Below are positions 10,101 to 20,182 of a stretch of 59,716 bases of DNA, piece by piece. The stretch comes from Mayamaea pseudoterrestris (taxonomy: Eukaryota). Numbering within the stretch: the stretch's first letter is position 1; each line of letters opens with the position of its first letter. A program made the position numbers and the translations under genes. Where the stretch lies: the NCBI GenBank assembly GCA_027923505.1, contig BROI01000006.1:1178001-1237716 (forward strand). The letters run 5' to 3'. A model generated the notes under the pieces. It had not been told where the DNA came from, did no database searches, and saw only the letters and a list, made by a program, of their open reading frames with translations.

Positions 10101-12694
10101 AACAGAGTTCTACGGAAGCTGCCATTCAAACCTTTGAGTTTGGCGCCAAGTCTCAGTCAGATTTACTCTCGCCGCTATGTCTGAGAATTCAATCAGCAGA
10201 AAAGCCTGATATGGCCGAATCATCCCTTGGTGCTCTAAGCACTATCATTGAAGGTGTTGGTCATAACATGACGGGCGATGTGTGGTGCCATGTGATTGAC
10301 GCTGTGGCTTCCTTGTCGGGTGACCCAACTTACACGGCAGTAGATCGAACTCATGCTCCTTGGATAAACTGTTCATCATTGGCTTTTCGATGCCTTAAGT
10401 TCATTGTCGACGACTTTAGAGACCAGCTTACGCAGTCAGAATCCGCCTCGAAGACATTGACCTCGCTTCTTGATTGCTGTACTTCTTTTGGGCGATCCAA
10501 ACATGATGTAAATATTTCATTGACGGCAATAACACTGCTATGGACCATCGCAGACCAAGACCCGGGCTCAGACTCGGTCGACAGAGCACTATCAAGGCTG
10601 ATGGACTTGGCTGCGGATGTTCGAGCAGAGATTCGGAATGCCGCTGTAAACACACTGTTCTCCTGCATTATCGGACGCGGCAGTGGCTTCACGCCTGCGC
10701 GCTGGAAATCTTGTTTCTTGGATACTATTTTTGGAGTCTATGATATGGTTGCGAACTATGCTGGTACAGACGTTGCTAGTGGAGACAGTGGCGCGGGACC
10801 GGGAAAGCGATACAGGGTTTCGCTCCACCATTCGCGAGATTCAAGCCAAAAGCAATGGCTTGAAACACAATCACTTGTTCTCCGTGGTCTGATAAGGTTG
10901 CTTCGGAGTTATTTTTCGCTACTACTCGACGAAGCCGATCACCAAGACATGACTGTCGCAGCACAATCGGCTCGAACATGGTTTGAGGATGCTTGGTTAA
11001 GAATTTTAGACTACAGTTTCGACGCTGCTACCTACGAAGGTGGACGGGATACTTTGGCTATGCGGACAACTGGGCTTGAGCTAATGGTGCTCTGCTGTCA
11101 GATAGCCAGCAACGATGGAGTTGAAGCAGCGACTGCTCCTGCTCGTGTTTCGACTAATATGGAAGTAATCAATGGTGCGCTCCGTACTGTTCGTGAACCA
11201 CAGCCGGTCAAGATGTTGGAAGAGAGAGTTTTTTCAGTGTCCACTAACGACAGACGGAAGCAGCTGTATGTTGATGCTTTCGAGGCAATTGAAGCATATA
11301 ATGAAGCCGTTTCAAAAACGATATCGCAAGGTGGAAATGGTGACGAGACGACGGTCCAGATGATCCACTCATTTGTAACAAGCTTACGTCACTTATACGA
11401 TTGTTCGATGAGCAGCGAGCTCGCTTCTGATAATGCCAAGGTACTGCACTCGCTCGACCGCTCGGAGGAAACGTCAGGTATAGATGTTGGTGTTGGAGAT
11501 TTGGAGCCTCGGTTTGTCAAAATCGTTAGCGACATGTTGAAAGCAGCTGGCAATTACTCGTCATCACGGTTTCTGAATCAAGGACAACGTGTCTCGCTTA
11601 ATTTGTTGCGGACGGTAGCGTCGAACGGATCTGCTGTGGCGTTTACTGCGTTGGTCGATATGGCTGGTAAATCTCTTTTTGTACAGTCGTCTGAACAGGC
11701 GGACGACAAGGGTAGCCAAACCGCGTTGCGCACCGAAGCATCCGACGCTATCTCGCAAGAGATTGTAAAGGATACTGTTTCTTGTGAATGCAAATCCTTG
11801 ATACTTTACCAAGTGCTGAATGTCTTTCTTGGACATTGCCACACAGATACGACGAATCCATCGACTGCGGCACTTCACTATGCCCACATGATACCTGTGA
11901 TTGATGCCGGATTAGCTGGAGTAACGAACTTGTCGTTGGACGACCCTTTTGCTATTAATGTTGCTGAATTGGTTTGGAGCAAATTCATTAACTGCCTGTC
12001 AGTAATGCTTTCGCCTACTACATTTGAAGACGGTGCATTGAACATAGCAAATGCTCGTGATTTACCAAAGATCATATCAGCCGGCAGCAAGAACGTTAAA
12101 CAAGCGAACGTAATTAACTTTTGCGCCGTCTTGTCGTTTGGTGCCTCTGAGGCATTAATCGTCGCAAAGCAACAAGCTGAGAAGGCTAAAGGCGCTAATG
12201 AAGAAGATGCAACGACGACGAGAGATCAGTGCGAAGCAACGCTAAGTATGTTCCAACTATGCTACTCTTTATGCTGCCAATTCCAGCCTGAAGACGCTGG
12301 CCTTCACGCCATTACTAAGTCTGTCCTTGCTGACGCCATAGGACCCCTTCCGGACGAGAGCAGTATGCAAATTTTCAATGAAGACGTGGCGTTGATTGTC
12401 TGTCGCTGTCTTGAAAATGATAATTTAGATTGTATTGTGATTTCCGTCTTTGCGCAGCTCAGCCGTCTCGCGAGTGCTCCATCAGCAAAGATTCGCGATG
12501 CTGTGAGTAAAGTCTTCAATGTTGTCGACGTTGCTGCAATTCTCAACACTGCTAGACTGGAGTCAGAAGCGGCTGAGGAACGCGCTCGGTTGGCAGAAAA
12601 GCGCGTCCAAGACTTGTCCGCCAAAGTAAAACAATTGCAACAAAGGAACATCGAGCTCACTCAGGAGGTGGCAATACTCCAAGCAAGCATATAA
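7190..12694 (+). CDS. MON2: Protein MON2 homolog (Arf-GEF-like endosome/Golgi trafficking scaffold)
   Basis: ~1830 aa helical protein. N-terminal LRDLASEARKKHPGVKEASERA (DCB-type), DVNISLTAITLLWTIAD, EIRNAAVNTLF and HHSRDSSQKQWLET are characteristic of MON2. Confidence 0.85.
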   Translation: MNFVQTLEESLRDLASEARKKHPGVKEASERATLRLRMLQTQYVGKVRQANSSSQASANGSTDTTAKTTTNHPTTQLFAHSEILHPFLLAANYPNASAELLNISFNSMQLLMRANAIQPSDAIQMLRVWMIQAQNVVSCYEKLYAKEIYLQTESQQHESAATTNHAAGSSSSSSSWFSWGSSSSAAATTDPSSSNNKQSSNNQIQSTKSSSTTLSSQQSPLQMEHCAKQILSCLLQLLELLKEHYAKHLTVELWTNAMALACVWLHYTPIKHTVHQAAVSTLKQVMNLLYSAANDKLLQSTWDDLLQLCDVNIQPNVNLTGAFALCQRSVAHNATVHPPCAELALQLLTRLLREHHISLPPRLLQKTFGISVQLLLQLDKRGTSMEKCLRISQWTTVLFQTYFVSYSSECLELLELLLKPIAAATDVCRSHDDFEDGYVYTASDADSVLLTEQHAASDGKKSSSTRTLTTLISPSVLWKAAFSLEAIYVIFDRDNPMELSVILEDARIVLALSETLSDFATIGASCMDHLLQLVSFGKSLPYSGNEVFAKSLTKVKPTFFRTAEQACTSGNAQCLLVDGASTDKATSSSSSGILGEALWITLQNLLRLSECMIGLNGVEQMLEQTFAPSLAVLQHYLKRCIGSSDLVQFSLKGFANLADVCLPLGTIHRKALLLSLCKLSLPTWGQRDSTAQLQDHHVMTLLYLCRIIHTHYEFITDDWEIIVRTFDELSDITIASKQLSDESYHAALAVSNLFSRLAPFSTCFSTSSLLRLAEALTEITKTRLEGLDVVGSNDTVLAQRMKPVDALARQSSDGGESSSISSKIMNIGVRAIYGNDSETQKTEGSKGTRIVGTFCGDYRHEYVKRISSAKSTMRVNAVGDIPYVLAVLTDVVMANSFRFEECGDPLSEQLSRLASVSPAVRPFIMDVLSVLAMSHLSSERALPAPFVGPGRSIFEDPMQSQLWAVEDCSGKQSSTEAAIQTFEFGAKSQSDLLSPLCLRIQSAEKPDMAESSLGALSTIIEGVGHNMTGDVWCHVIDAVASLSGDPTYTAVDRTHAPWINCSSLAFRCLKFIVDDFRDQLTQSESASKTLTSLLDCCTSFGRSKHDVNISLTAITLLWTIADQDPGSDSVDRALSRLMDLAADVRAEIRNAAVNTLFSCIIGRGSGFTPARWKSCFLDTIFGVYDMVANYAGTDVASGDSGAGPGKRYRVSLHHSRDSSQKQWLETQSLVLRGLIRLLRSYFSLLLDEADHQDMTVAAQSARTWFEDAWLRILDYSFDAATYEGGRDTLAMRTTGLELMVLCCQIASNDGVEAATAPARVSTNMEVINGALRTVREPQPVKMLEERVFSVSTNDRRKQLYVDAFEAIEAYNEAVSKTISQGGNGDETTVQMIHSFVTSLRHLYDCSMSSELASDNAKVLHSLDRSEETSGIDVGVGDLEPRFVKIVSDMLKAAGNYSSSRFLNQGQRVSLNLLRTVASNGSAVAFTALVDMAGKSLFVQSSEQADDKGSQTALRTEASDAISQEIVKDTVSCECKSLILYQVLNVFLGHCHTDTTNPSTAALHYAHMIPVIDAGLAGVTNLSLDDPFAINVAELVWSKFINCLSVMLSPTTFEDGALNIANARDLPKIISAGSKNVKQANVINFCAVLSFGASEALIVAKQQAEKAKGANEEDATTTRDQCEATLSMFQLCYSLCCQFQPEDAGLHAITKSVLADAIGPLPDESSMQIFNEDVALIVCRCLENDNLDCIVISVFAQLSRLASAPSAKIRDAVSKVFNVVDVAAILNTARLESEAAEERARLAEKRVQDLSAKVKQLQQRNIELTQEVAILQASI

Positions 12695-12702
12695 GTAATT
12701 TT

Positions 12703-15069
12703 TTAAGCACCACCATCATTATTCCGTTTTATCTCATTTAAACGTTCCATCGCAGAGCGAAAAGGCTTTTCTTCTTTCATCGATCGCAATTCGCTAATGC
12801 GCGACATGGGAGGCCGTAAGGATGTCGATTGCCGGCTCTCTGCTGTTGGACTTGCTTTGCGAGTTTCTGACTTCGTTGTAAAATCACTTTTGCGCAATTT
12901 CTCCGCCGGCGTTAAGAAAGAAGGCTCTCGTTTCTCAGTTCGCAAGGTGCTTGGCGGCAACAAAGTACTGGCTCGACCAGCTCGAGACGTGAGCGGTATG
13001 TTATTGATCGACGTAGATAATCCTTGACCACCACCAAAACTTAAACCAAACTGAATTTTTGGCATTAAACCCTGTCGCCGCAGCTCAGTTTTCGGCATTG
13101 AACTCTGCCGCCGCTGCGTCTTTCGTCGTCTTCTCGGACGCGACGGTGATCGTTTTACAGTTAGTTGACGTTCCGATTCGTTGTCGCTCTCATAGAGTTC
13201 CAGTTGACCCCAATCGTCATCACTTTCGCCCTTATCGTCGTTCCCATTGACATTGTCATCATCATCGTCACTATCCGACCAATCACCGTAACCATAGCGC
13301 TTCGCCAACTCAATGACTCCGTTCGGACTCGCCGCTTCCGAAATAGGCACAGCGTCGCCGGGATAGGCTCCAAAGAGGCTCCTCGACATGGTGTTGCTTC
13401 CCACACCGGCACGAATGCGACCCAACATGCCAGCGTCTCGGTCACTCACGACGCGAGGTTTCACCAATGCCAAATTTGATGATTGTTTCGAACTACTTCC
13501 AAGTTGCCGACCTAATTGGAATTGCTGCAAGAGTGTTTGCTGAATCGCTTGCCGCTTTAGGTCGACAGGTGAAAGCTCCATGCCATCGTCATAAATGGCA
13601 AGCGAGGAAACGACGCCAGGTTCTTCCATCGTCAGAGCCTGCATAATCCAGGCAACGTCGTCATCGACTGGTACAATTGCGGGACGTCGCTGGCGACTAC
13701 CCACTCGCCGCTGCTGCTGCTTGCCACTGCCCAACACTTGACTCACGACGCTTATAAGCGCAGCATCCTCCCCACTGCTTCGCACGGATGAACTTTTCCG
13801 TTGCTGCGTCACACCAAGTCCATGCCGCAGCATGAACGGTTTCGAAAGGTACTTGTATTTTGCCGTCGCCACGTTGCCAATCTGGCGCAACTGCTGCCAC
13901 GCCAGTGCGTCGGCTTGTTGGGCGAAGCGTTTGCGCGATTGCGGCTCCGCTTGAGCGACTGATGCTGGTGGATTCTGAATGAAATTGGGCGCGCACTTGA
14001 CGTAGACCAAAGTCAGGAGACGGTGGAGCGGCGGAACGTAGACGTGGATCCATTCCAAGCATACAATCATGCAGAGCACCATGACGTGACCAATGCGTCC
14101 GCGTCTCAGGAGGAACCGATATATTCCGTTGGGTGGTGTGACTGCAACTTCTGCTGATGATGATGATCCTTGTGGATTTGGTGTGACTGGAATGGTAGGT
14201 GCAGCTGCCTGTGGCTTTGCATTTGACGAAGATTCCCCCGCGTCGTCAACGGCCGCAACCAAAGCCGGAGCCTTCACAACCACTGGCTGCTGCTTTTGCT
14301 TCTTAGTGCGCCTTTTCTTCTTTCGAATCAAAGGTTCAAGCTTGGTATCTGCTGCTGATGATATTGGTATAAGAGTTGGTTCTGGTGGAGTTGGTTCTAA
14401 TGGAATGGTAGGTGTATCGGAGGCTGCTGCTGGCTTTGCTTTCGGTGACGGTTCCTCCGCGTTTTCGACGGCCGCAACCAAAGCCGGAGCTTGCACCACC
14501 ACTGGCGTTTGATGTGACTTCTTCTTAGTAGTGCGCTTTCGCCTCTTTCGAATCAATGGTTCTAGCTTAATATCTGCTGCAGCCGCTTGCTCCTCATCGT
14601 TTAGCTTCGACTCGGGTGCGACAACTGGTTGATCAATTTCTTTTAGTGTTACAGCTAATGATTCCTCCTCCTTCTCCATTACCGGCTCCTCCATTTTCTC
14701 CGGCAGTGTCTCCTCATGTTCACTCTCGTCTGTATCTGTTTCGTCTTTTATGTGAGATGGCTCGACCACGGTTGGCGTTTCGTATGCTGCCTCCTGCTCG
14801 TCGCCCATGTCACTGCCATCCGAAACGGTCGACACCAATCGATCAATGTACGCGTCAATCTCCCGGTCACTGTCAACGGGAATAGGAGTTGTTTCGTCGT
14901 TGCTTCCGCCTCCTCCTCGCATGCTCCAAAAACAATCATGGTTGAAGCAATGTCGCTGTAATGACGACGACGGCGCATCGAAAGCATGTATGCATCCATC
15001 GCGACTAGCAGCAGCACTCGATGCAACGGCAAGCATCAAGGCATTTATTAGTATTCTTCGTCTCACCAT
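12703..15069 (-). CDS. Hypothetical secretory-pathway membrane protein with an internal ~65-aa duplication
   Basis: 788-aa ORF with a signal peptide, an MRGG motif, two copies of KLEPLIRK..K..PVVV.APALVAAV..A.E.S..AKP.AA..PTIP and a central hydrophobic segment. Confidence 0.7.
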   Translation of the reverse strand: MVRRRILINALMLAVASSAAASRDGCIHAFDAPSSSLQRHCFNHDCFWSMRGGGGSNDETTPIPVDSDREIDAYIDRLVSTVSDGSDMGDEQEAAYETPTVVEPSHIKDETDTDESEHEETLPEKMEEPVMEKEEESLAVTLKEIDQPVVAPESKLNDEEQAAAADIKLEPLIRKRRKRTTKKKSHQTPVVVQAPALVAAVENAEEPSPKAKPAAASDTPTIPLEPTPPEPTLIPISSAADTKLEPLIRKKKRRTKKQKQQPVVVKAPALVAAVDDAGESSSNAKPQAAAPTIPVTPNPQGSSSSAEVAVTPPNGIYRFLLRRGRIGHVMVLCMIVCLEWIHVYVPPLHRLLTLVYVKCAPNFIQNPPASVAQAEPQSRKRFAQQADALAWQQLRQIGNVATAKYKYLSKPFMLRHGLGVTQQRKSSSVRSSGEDAALISVVSQVLGSGKQQQRRVGSRQRRPAIVPVDDDVAWIMQALTMEEPGVVSSLAIYDDGMELSPVDLKRQAIQQTLLQQFQLGRQLGSSSKQSSNLALVKPRVVSDRDAGMLGRIRAGVGSNTMSRSLFGAYPGDAVPISEAASPNGVIELAKRYGYGDWSDSDDDDDNVNGNDDKGESDDDWGQLELYESDNESERQLTVKRSPSRPRRRRKTQRRQSSMPKTELRRQGLMPKIQFGLSFGGGQGLSTSINNIPLTSRAGRASTLLPPSTLRTEKREPSFLTPAEKLRKSDFTTKSETRKASPTAESRQSTSLRPPMSRISELRSMKEEKPFRSAMERLNEIKRNNDGGA

Positions 15070-15176
15070 ACTATGTTATTGAAAACAGTTGCTCCACCGC
15101 AGCTGTAATGATGATGGATCCAAACGTTTGCTTGCTTCCATGGTGATCGCGAGCAACGTGTGGAGGAAGAGGTGCA

Positions 15177-15230
15177 TGTCGCACTGGTGTTCCTACGCGG
15201 TCTTACCGGGTCTTATTTTGTCGCACTGGT
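15177..15230. promoter_or_regulatory. Two TGTCGCACTGGT motifs in a divergent promoter
   Basis: Exact 12-mers at 15177 and 15219, between genes starting at 15069 (-) and 15318 (+). Confidence 0.5.
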
Positions 15231-15317
15231 TCTCATTGTAACATCCATCCCGACGCAGTGCCACGAAACGCAAGATCTCATCATTTGCTACCTTCTATAG
15301 AAACTAACGACGCAAAC

Positions 15318-17477
15318 ATGAGTCTCAAGTATACCAACAACAGTAACAGCAGCAGCAACAATAACAATCGCAATATTACTAATTCCAATTCACATCATTC
15401 ATTGAAATGCACCGATTTGGCTCAGTTTGACGCCTTGCTGCGGGCGGCCGACTCGTTTCGGACGGACGACAAGCTGCACTTGCGCAACTTGCTGCAGGAT
15501 TCGGCCCGGTGCGCCAGCTTGATTGCTTCGAAACATGGCGTATATCATATAAGGCATGACAGTATTGAGAATAATGTTATTGAGAATGATACGGATACTC
15601 TTGCTGAACAAGACATTGATAGTCAGTCGCATCATCATGACAATACTTATCTACCACGACACAGCAATCATCACTCTGCCGCTGCGCACTCTGCTACTTC
15701 ACGCACGATTCTGCTGGACTACTCGCGCCAATGCTTGACGGGCGAAACCATGGAGCTCCTCTTCGATCTAGCGGATGCCATGAGACTCACGGATCGACGC
15801 GAAGCCTTAAAGTGGGGCTTGTGCATCAACGAAACTGGTAAATTATATAATAATATGAAGAGCGAATGAGTGTGAAAGGAGGGAAAGTGAATGAATGAGT
15901 GCAATAAAGAATAGTCGCTTCACATCTCACATTGATTAACTCAACCCCATCATTCTCTTCTTTCATTAGAGAATCGCCCAGTCCTTCATCACCTGTTTCG
16001 TTTGCCGCACGACTACTCGATGGAAAATGACCATCACTATTATCACTTTCATCAAGATTGCAGCAGCAAAAATGACGACGTTGATTTAGCGCAAGTGACG
16101 CAATCCGTTCGCGCGGTGCGTCAGCAAGTCAAGCAATTTTGTCGTTCCGTTCGATCCGGCGTCTACAAGAGTATCACAAACAAGCCATTTTGCAACATTA
16201 TCGTCATTGGCATTGGCAACCACACGCTCGGACCAGACATGGTGAGCAGCGTCTTGGAGCATGACGAGCATGCGTCGCGCGCGTCGTTTGGACGCAGATT
16301 GCGCTTTTTGTCCAACTTGGATCCCACCGATCTACATGCCTGCACGCACGATTTAAATCCCGCGGAAACGCTCGTGATTGTGTCATGCAAGCACTTTGTG
16401 GAAGCGGAATGCATGGTCAACGTGCGCGCAATGCGAAGCTGGCTCGTGCGTCACTTGGGCGGCAACGAGCACGACGAGAAGCAAATCGTGGCGCGCCACA
16501 TGGTGGCAATCAGCTCCAACGTGACCCGATGCGTGCAGTTTGGCATTGCCAAGCATCACGTGTTTCAGCTGCCCGAGTGGATCGTTGGTCGCTTCTCCCT
16601 GTGCTCGGCGGTGGGACTGTTGCCGCTGTCGCTGCATTACTCGTCCAACATCATGGAGCAGTTTCTGGACGGCTGCCACGACATGGATGAGCACTACTTT
16701 CATGCGCCACTTCGCGATAATCTACCGATACTGTTGGCGCTGCTGGGTATATGGAACAGTACCTTTCTTGGTCATTCGTGCAGCGCCATTTTGCCATATA
16801 GTGACTCGCTGCGCCAGTTTCCGGCGCACGTGCAGCAAGTGGATATGGAAAGCAACGGCAAGCGCGTGGCACTGGATGGGACGCCGCTGCTTCATCGGAG
16901 CGCCGTGGTGACGTTTGGAGACGTTGGTAGCAACTGTCAAAACACCTTCTTTCAGCTACTGCACCAAGGCCGCGTCGTTCCGTCTGACTTTATTGGATTC
17001 ATGCAGAGTCAACAGCAAAGCTTGGATGCAGTGAATGAACCTGTGTCAAACCATGATGAGCTCATGTCATACTTCTTTTCGCAACCCGATGCGTTAGCAT
17101 ACGGCAAGACACTTGTCGATTTGGTCCAAGAGGGCGCGCCAGAGCCGTTGCGCGAACACATGGTCTTTCCAGGCAATCGTCCCAGCAGCTGCGTGCTCAT
17201 GACCAAGTTGGATGCCTTCGCACTGGGCCAGCTGGTCACCTTGTACGAGCATCGCACCGTGACGCAGGGTTTCATTTGGGGCATTAACTCGTTTGATCAG
17301 TTTGGTTTGGATCTGGGACGCACGCTGGCAAAGTCGGTGCGGGCGCAGCTGGGCGCGTCGCGACGAACGGGTGCATCCGTTCAGGGCTTTAACTATTCGA
17401 CCAGTTTCCTGCTGGAGCATTACCTGGCCAACGGCAAGACGGAGCAACAGCACAGTAACAATGATCAAACGTACTAA
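15318..17477 (+). CDS. Glucose-6-phosphate isomerase-like protein with degenerate active site; exons 15318-15837 and 15970-17477
   Basis: Splicing the GT-AG intron 15838-15969 gives INETENRPVLH. Motifs LDYSRQ, FLSNLDP, QQVDMESNGK and WGINSFDQFG are present. Several catalytic residues are substituted (see findings). Confidence 0.88.
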
Positions 17478-17638
17478 TAATCAGTCGGTCAGTGCATAAT
17501 GAATTGCGTAATACCACGTTCGAAAGCCGTTTGAAACCAACCTTTTATTATAGTAATGTAAAGTATCTGCGTCAGTGTTGTATCGAGACGACGCTTCATT
17601 GTAAATCAGACATGTATTGTGCTACTCCCATACACCAT

Positions 17639-20182
17639 TTAAACCCCAGAATCAGTTTCAAGGCAGCCAGTTCCATCGGCCCGGCAACACGTCGTGCAGC
17701 AGCCAGTCGGACATGAAATTTCCGCCGCTCCAGTAGCTGAATCCACCAAGCAATCGGCCGAAAAGGTTTCGAGCGTGTAGTCGACCTTGTCCTCCAACGC
17801 GCAGAGTGCTTCAGGCACTGTTCCAGTAAAGGCGTTGCCTTCAATCCAAATTTCGCTAATTTCCGTCAAATTGGCCATTTCTTGTGGCAGCGTTCCGCGA
17901 AACTGGTTGCCTGAAACGCGGAGCGTGTAAAAGTGGTCCGAAAGTAAGCCAATCTCGGTTGCTATAGTGCCCGTGAGCTGGCAGTCCCAAAGGTCGAGGC
18001 GCTCCAAGTTCGGCAACGAATAAATTTCGGTCGGAATCGTTCCGACCAAAGGGTTGGCCTGGAAGCGCATGTCGTTCAGCGAGGTCAGTCTCCCAAAGTC
18101 GGTGGAAATAGTGCCCGTCAATTGGTTGCGGTGAAGCCAAATCTCCTCGATACTCCGCCAGCTAAAGGCTTCCGAAGGAAAGGAACCAGTGAGCGCGTTG
18201 CGCGAAACACGAAAGTAAGCCATGCTGTTCAAGACTCCGACTTCAGTTGGAATAGAGCCAGTAATCATGTTGGTGAAGAAGAAGTAGCTTTTAAGGTCCA
18301 AGAGGTTGGCAATTTCCGTTGGTACGGAGCCACTGATCATGTTGTCTCCAAGGTTCAAATGCTGGAGAGAGCGCATCTTGTACCACTCGATCGGAACAGT
18401 TCCGGTGATCTGGTTGTAATGCAGCTCAATAGAGTTCAATTGCTTCATCTCGGAAAGTTCCACCGGGAGTGTACCGCGGAGGTTGGTCCAGGAAATGCTG
18501 ATCGACTGCAGGTATGGGAAGTGCACCATACCCTCTGGGACTGGACCAGACAATTCATTGCCAGCTGATAGAGCGGACAAAAGAAAGAGAAGTGCGACAG
18601 TGAGTATTGGAAATGTGGGCACATCGTAATGCAAGCTCGAATGCAACTTACAAAGATCAAGGCCGCGGACCTGTCCGTGTTCATCGCACGTCACACCTGC
18701 CCATTGACACTCGCTAATGTTGCTCAACCACCGATTCCAGGGAACTTCAAAGTACTGGACAGGGAAAATGGCAGACAACTCCTTGTATTGACACTCAGTT
18801 CCATCCGTCCAAGCATCCTTGGGAGGCGCACAGCTCAACCAAGGTCCATCTTCCGATGTTGCAAAGTAAAAGTAGGCTGCAATGTATCGCTGCGAAAAGT
18901 TGTCCGCATCCGGCGTCAGCTGCATCGGATCGTCAAAGGTCATCCAATCCAATGCCTTACTGTAGGCAGAATCTTCCTTCTCCAGCACCTTGGCTCCGAC
19001 CAAACGTTCCACCTGCGTACGAATTCCAAACGACTCTCGAATCGTCGTTGGCGCCATGGTCGGCGACTCCGTCATGTTCATGTTCTTGCTCCCCACGGTC
19101 GCTCCCACGGCCGCACCGACGGCCACGACGATGACGACGAAAAAGGCCAAGAGCGCATACAGGCGAAAGCGTCGGTGACGGTACATGGGCGGCTTGGCAT
19201 CTGGATCATACTCGACGGCGGATGGAATAAACATGTCGTCATCATCGTCCTGGACGGCGACTGCAATCGCCAATCCAGAAGCACCAGCCATGTCCATGAC
19301 ACCGTACTCCACATCCGGTTGAGTCTGCTCGGGGCGGCCAAGTGTTTCGTTGCGGTTGTTGCTGCGACGGTCCGATTGTTGCTCCTTGGCTTGCTCGGGA
19401 ATGCTTTTATTGTTGGAAGGATAATTACCAGATGATACTCCACCAATCGACGCCATTTTGCCAGAGTTGAGCCCGTTGCCAGTATTGCTTGCCACGGCTG
19501 GAAGCTTGCGATCGTACTCATCGTCATCATCGTCCAAATCATCATCATCGTTGCGAAAGGCTGTTGGATTCGCCGCCATTTTCGCCGCAATGCGCTGGTC
19601 CAGCGTGCTCATATTGTTGTTGTTTCCGCTGCTACCGTATGGAGCGTTGCTGGAAGCCGCCGCCGCCAAGCTCGGGCCATTATTTCCATCCCGACGAATC
19701 TTGGCCTGCACCTGATCCTCGAGCGAGTATAGTTCCTGCGGACGCTGTGGCTGCTGCTGCTTGCTGTTTCCCTGCACCTTGGCCTGAATGGCCGCCTCCA
19801 AATGTTGCAGCTCCGTCGGTTCCGACTTGCTCATTTGCTGCGTATCCCGACGAATCTTGGCGGCCACGGGGTCGGCACTTTCGCCGCTGACGCTTTCCAC
19901 ACCCGGACGCATGGCTGCGGCGCGGTGACTACCAGTGACCTTGGCTTGCACGTCGCCCTCCAGTGACTCGAGTTGCGCGCGCGTATTGTAGTTGCTGCTG
20001 CTACTGGGACGCTGCTGCTCCTTGGCAAGCTTTTCGGCAAGTCGCTGGTCGAGGCGAGCGAGTGAGGCACTGGCGGCAGCAGCAGTCGATGACGTTGCTC
20101 CTGGTTGCGTTGAAGGACGGCCACTAGCGGCGCGCGCCTTGATCTTGGCGTCTTCATCGGACATGTTGTTCTTGTTGTTCAT
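17639..20182 (-). CDS. Diatom-type LRR receptor-like membrane protein; probable 87-nt intron 18565-18651
   Basis: Low-complexity N-terminus, one TM (LYALLAFFVVIVVAVGAAVG), ECQWAGVTC cap, plant-type LRRs (N.LTGTIPTE) and a Cys-rich C-terminal cap (ADC...CPTGCCTTCC). Removing the GTAAGT..CAG intron restores LDLSGNELSG. Confidence 0.85.
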   Translation of the reverse strand: MNNKNNMSDEDAKIKARAASGRPSTQPGATSSTAAAASASLARLDQRLAEKLAKEQQRPSSSSNYNTRAQLESLEGDVQAKVTGSHRAAAMRPGVESVSGESADPVAAKIRRDTQQMSKSEPTELQHLEAAIQAKVQGNSKQQQPQRPQELYSLEDQVQAKIRRDGNNGPSLAAAASSNAPYGSSGNNNNMSTLDQRIAAKMAANPTAFRNDDDDLDDDDDEYDRKLPAVASNTGNGLNSGKMASIGGVSSGNYPSNNKSIPEQAKEQQSDRRSNNRNETLGRPEQTQPDVEYGVMDMAGASGLAIAVAVQDDDDDMFIPSAVEYDPDAKPPMYRHRRFRLYALLAFFVVIVVAVGAAVGATVGSKNMNMTESPTMAPTTIRESFGIRTQVERLVGAKVLEKEDSAYSKALDWMTFDDPMQLTPDADNFSQRYIAAYFYFATSEDGPWLSCAPPKDAWTDGTECQYKELSAIFPVQYFEVPWNRWLSNISECQWAGVTCDEHGQVRGLDLCKLHSSLHYDVPTFPILTVALLFLLSALSAGNELSGPVPEGMVHFPYLQSISISWTNLRGTLPVELSEMKQLNSIELHYNQITGTVPIEWYKMRSLQHLNLGDNMISGSVPTEIANLLDLKSYFFFTNMITGSIPTEVGVLNSMAYFRVSRNALTGSFPSEAFSWRSIEEIWLHRNQLTGTISTDFGRLTSLNDMRFQANPLVGTIPTEIYSLPNLERLDLWDCQLTGTIATEIGLLSDHFYTLRVSGNQFRGTLPQEMANLTEISEIWIEGNAFTGTVPEALCALEDKVDYTLETFSADCLVDSATGAAEISCPTGCCTTCCRADGTGCLETDSGV

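Noticed and set aside
15258..16001. GPI apparently split into two ORFs, suggesting a pseudogene
   Set aside because: A canonical GT-AG intron (15838-15969) restores the conserved INxTENR.VLH motif in frame.
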